From Raillietiella orientalis (Eukaryota), in NCBI GenBank assembly GCA_036172245.1, contig JAYWIR010000013.1, positions 3,968,001 through 4,032,000 on the forward strand: a stretch of 64,000 bases of DNA. Direction: 5' to 3'. The notes beneath the pieces were generated by a model that ran no database searches, was not told where the DNA came from, and saw only the letters and a program-made list of their open reading frames with translations. This document shows positions 63,760 through 64,000 of the stretch, in pieces (within the stretch, counting starts at the first letter, position 1; each line of letters begins with the position of its first letter). A program made the position numbers and the translations under genes.

Positions 63760-64000
63760 GAGGAAAATCCCACGTGGGTGGCCGTGTGGCCGCGCGTGCC
63801 CCCGCCGCGTCGCAGTATTCGAATCCCGCCCGGGTAAGGGTCGACCCCGAGAAAACGGGCGCGTCGTAGGTTTCGAGTCCTCCCGCTAGATGACGCAGGT
63901 TGGCTTGTAGGCCTCGAGTGCGGTACCAGTGGAAGCAGCCGGAAACCAGATGCTCCCGTTGACTGGCTGGGATTGGGAGTCCAAAGCGTCCTCCTTGAGG
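63760..64000 (-). mobile_element. CR1/L2-like LINE copy, truncated by the window edge
   Basis: gatgctcccgttgactggctgggattggga matches 7428-7455 and 25347-25376. Confidence 0.6.

Noticed and set aside
1..64000. Prokaryotic operon, tRNA or rRNA genes
   Set aside because: No dense ORF packing and no recognisable structural RNA. Content (TLR, kringle RTK, LINEs, SECIS) is metazoan.

Overview
Eukaryotic, almost certainly animal (invertebrate-like) genomic DNA. It is GC-rich and CpG-rich, visibly poor in TpA, and full of homopolymer runs. I could not support any intact protein-coding gene. The window is a graveyard of frameshifted relics. Host-gene relics: an ankyrin+NACHT (NLR/STAND-like) gene, a thioredoxin(-glutathione) reductase with a relic SECIS, an LRR gene, an ankyrin gene, a Toll-like receptor, and a kringle-TM-tyrosine kinase (ROR/Nrk-like). 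Transposon remnants: CR1/L2-like, RTE-like and Tx1/L1-like LINEs, Penelope, Gypsy, hAT and Tigger/pogo. All family calls come from recognising motifs by eye across frames, not from database searches, so boundaries are approximate. The most striking signals are: (1) the relics are eroded overwhelmingly by A>G and T>C changes, the reverse of the usual animal decay; (2) short AT-rich islands are G-depleted on one side and C-depleted on the other, and two of them switch at the same 13-mer AAAAATCTTTAGA; (3) a ~950 bp fold-back made from the 3' end of a hAT transposase has mosaic perfect and diverged arms.
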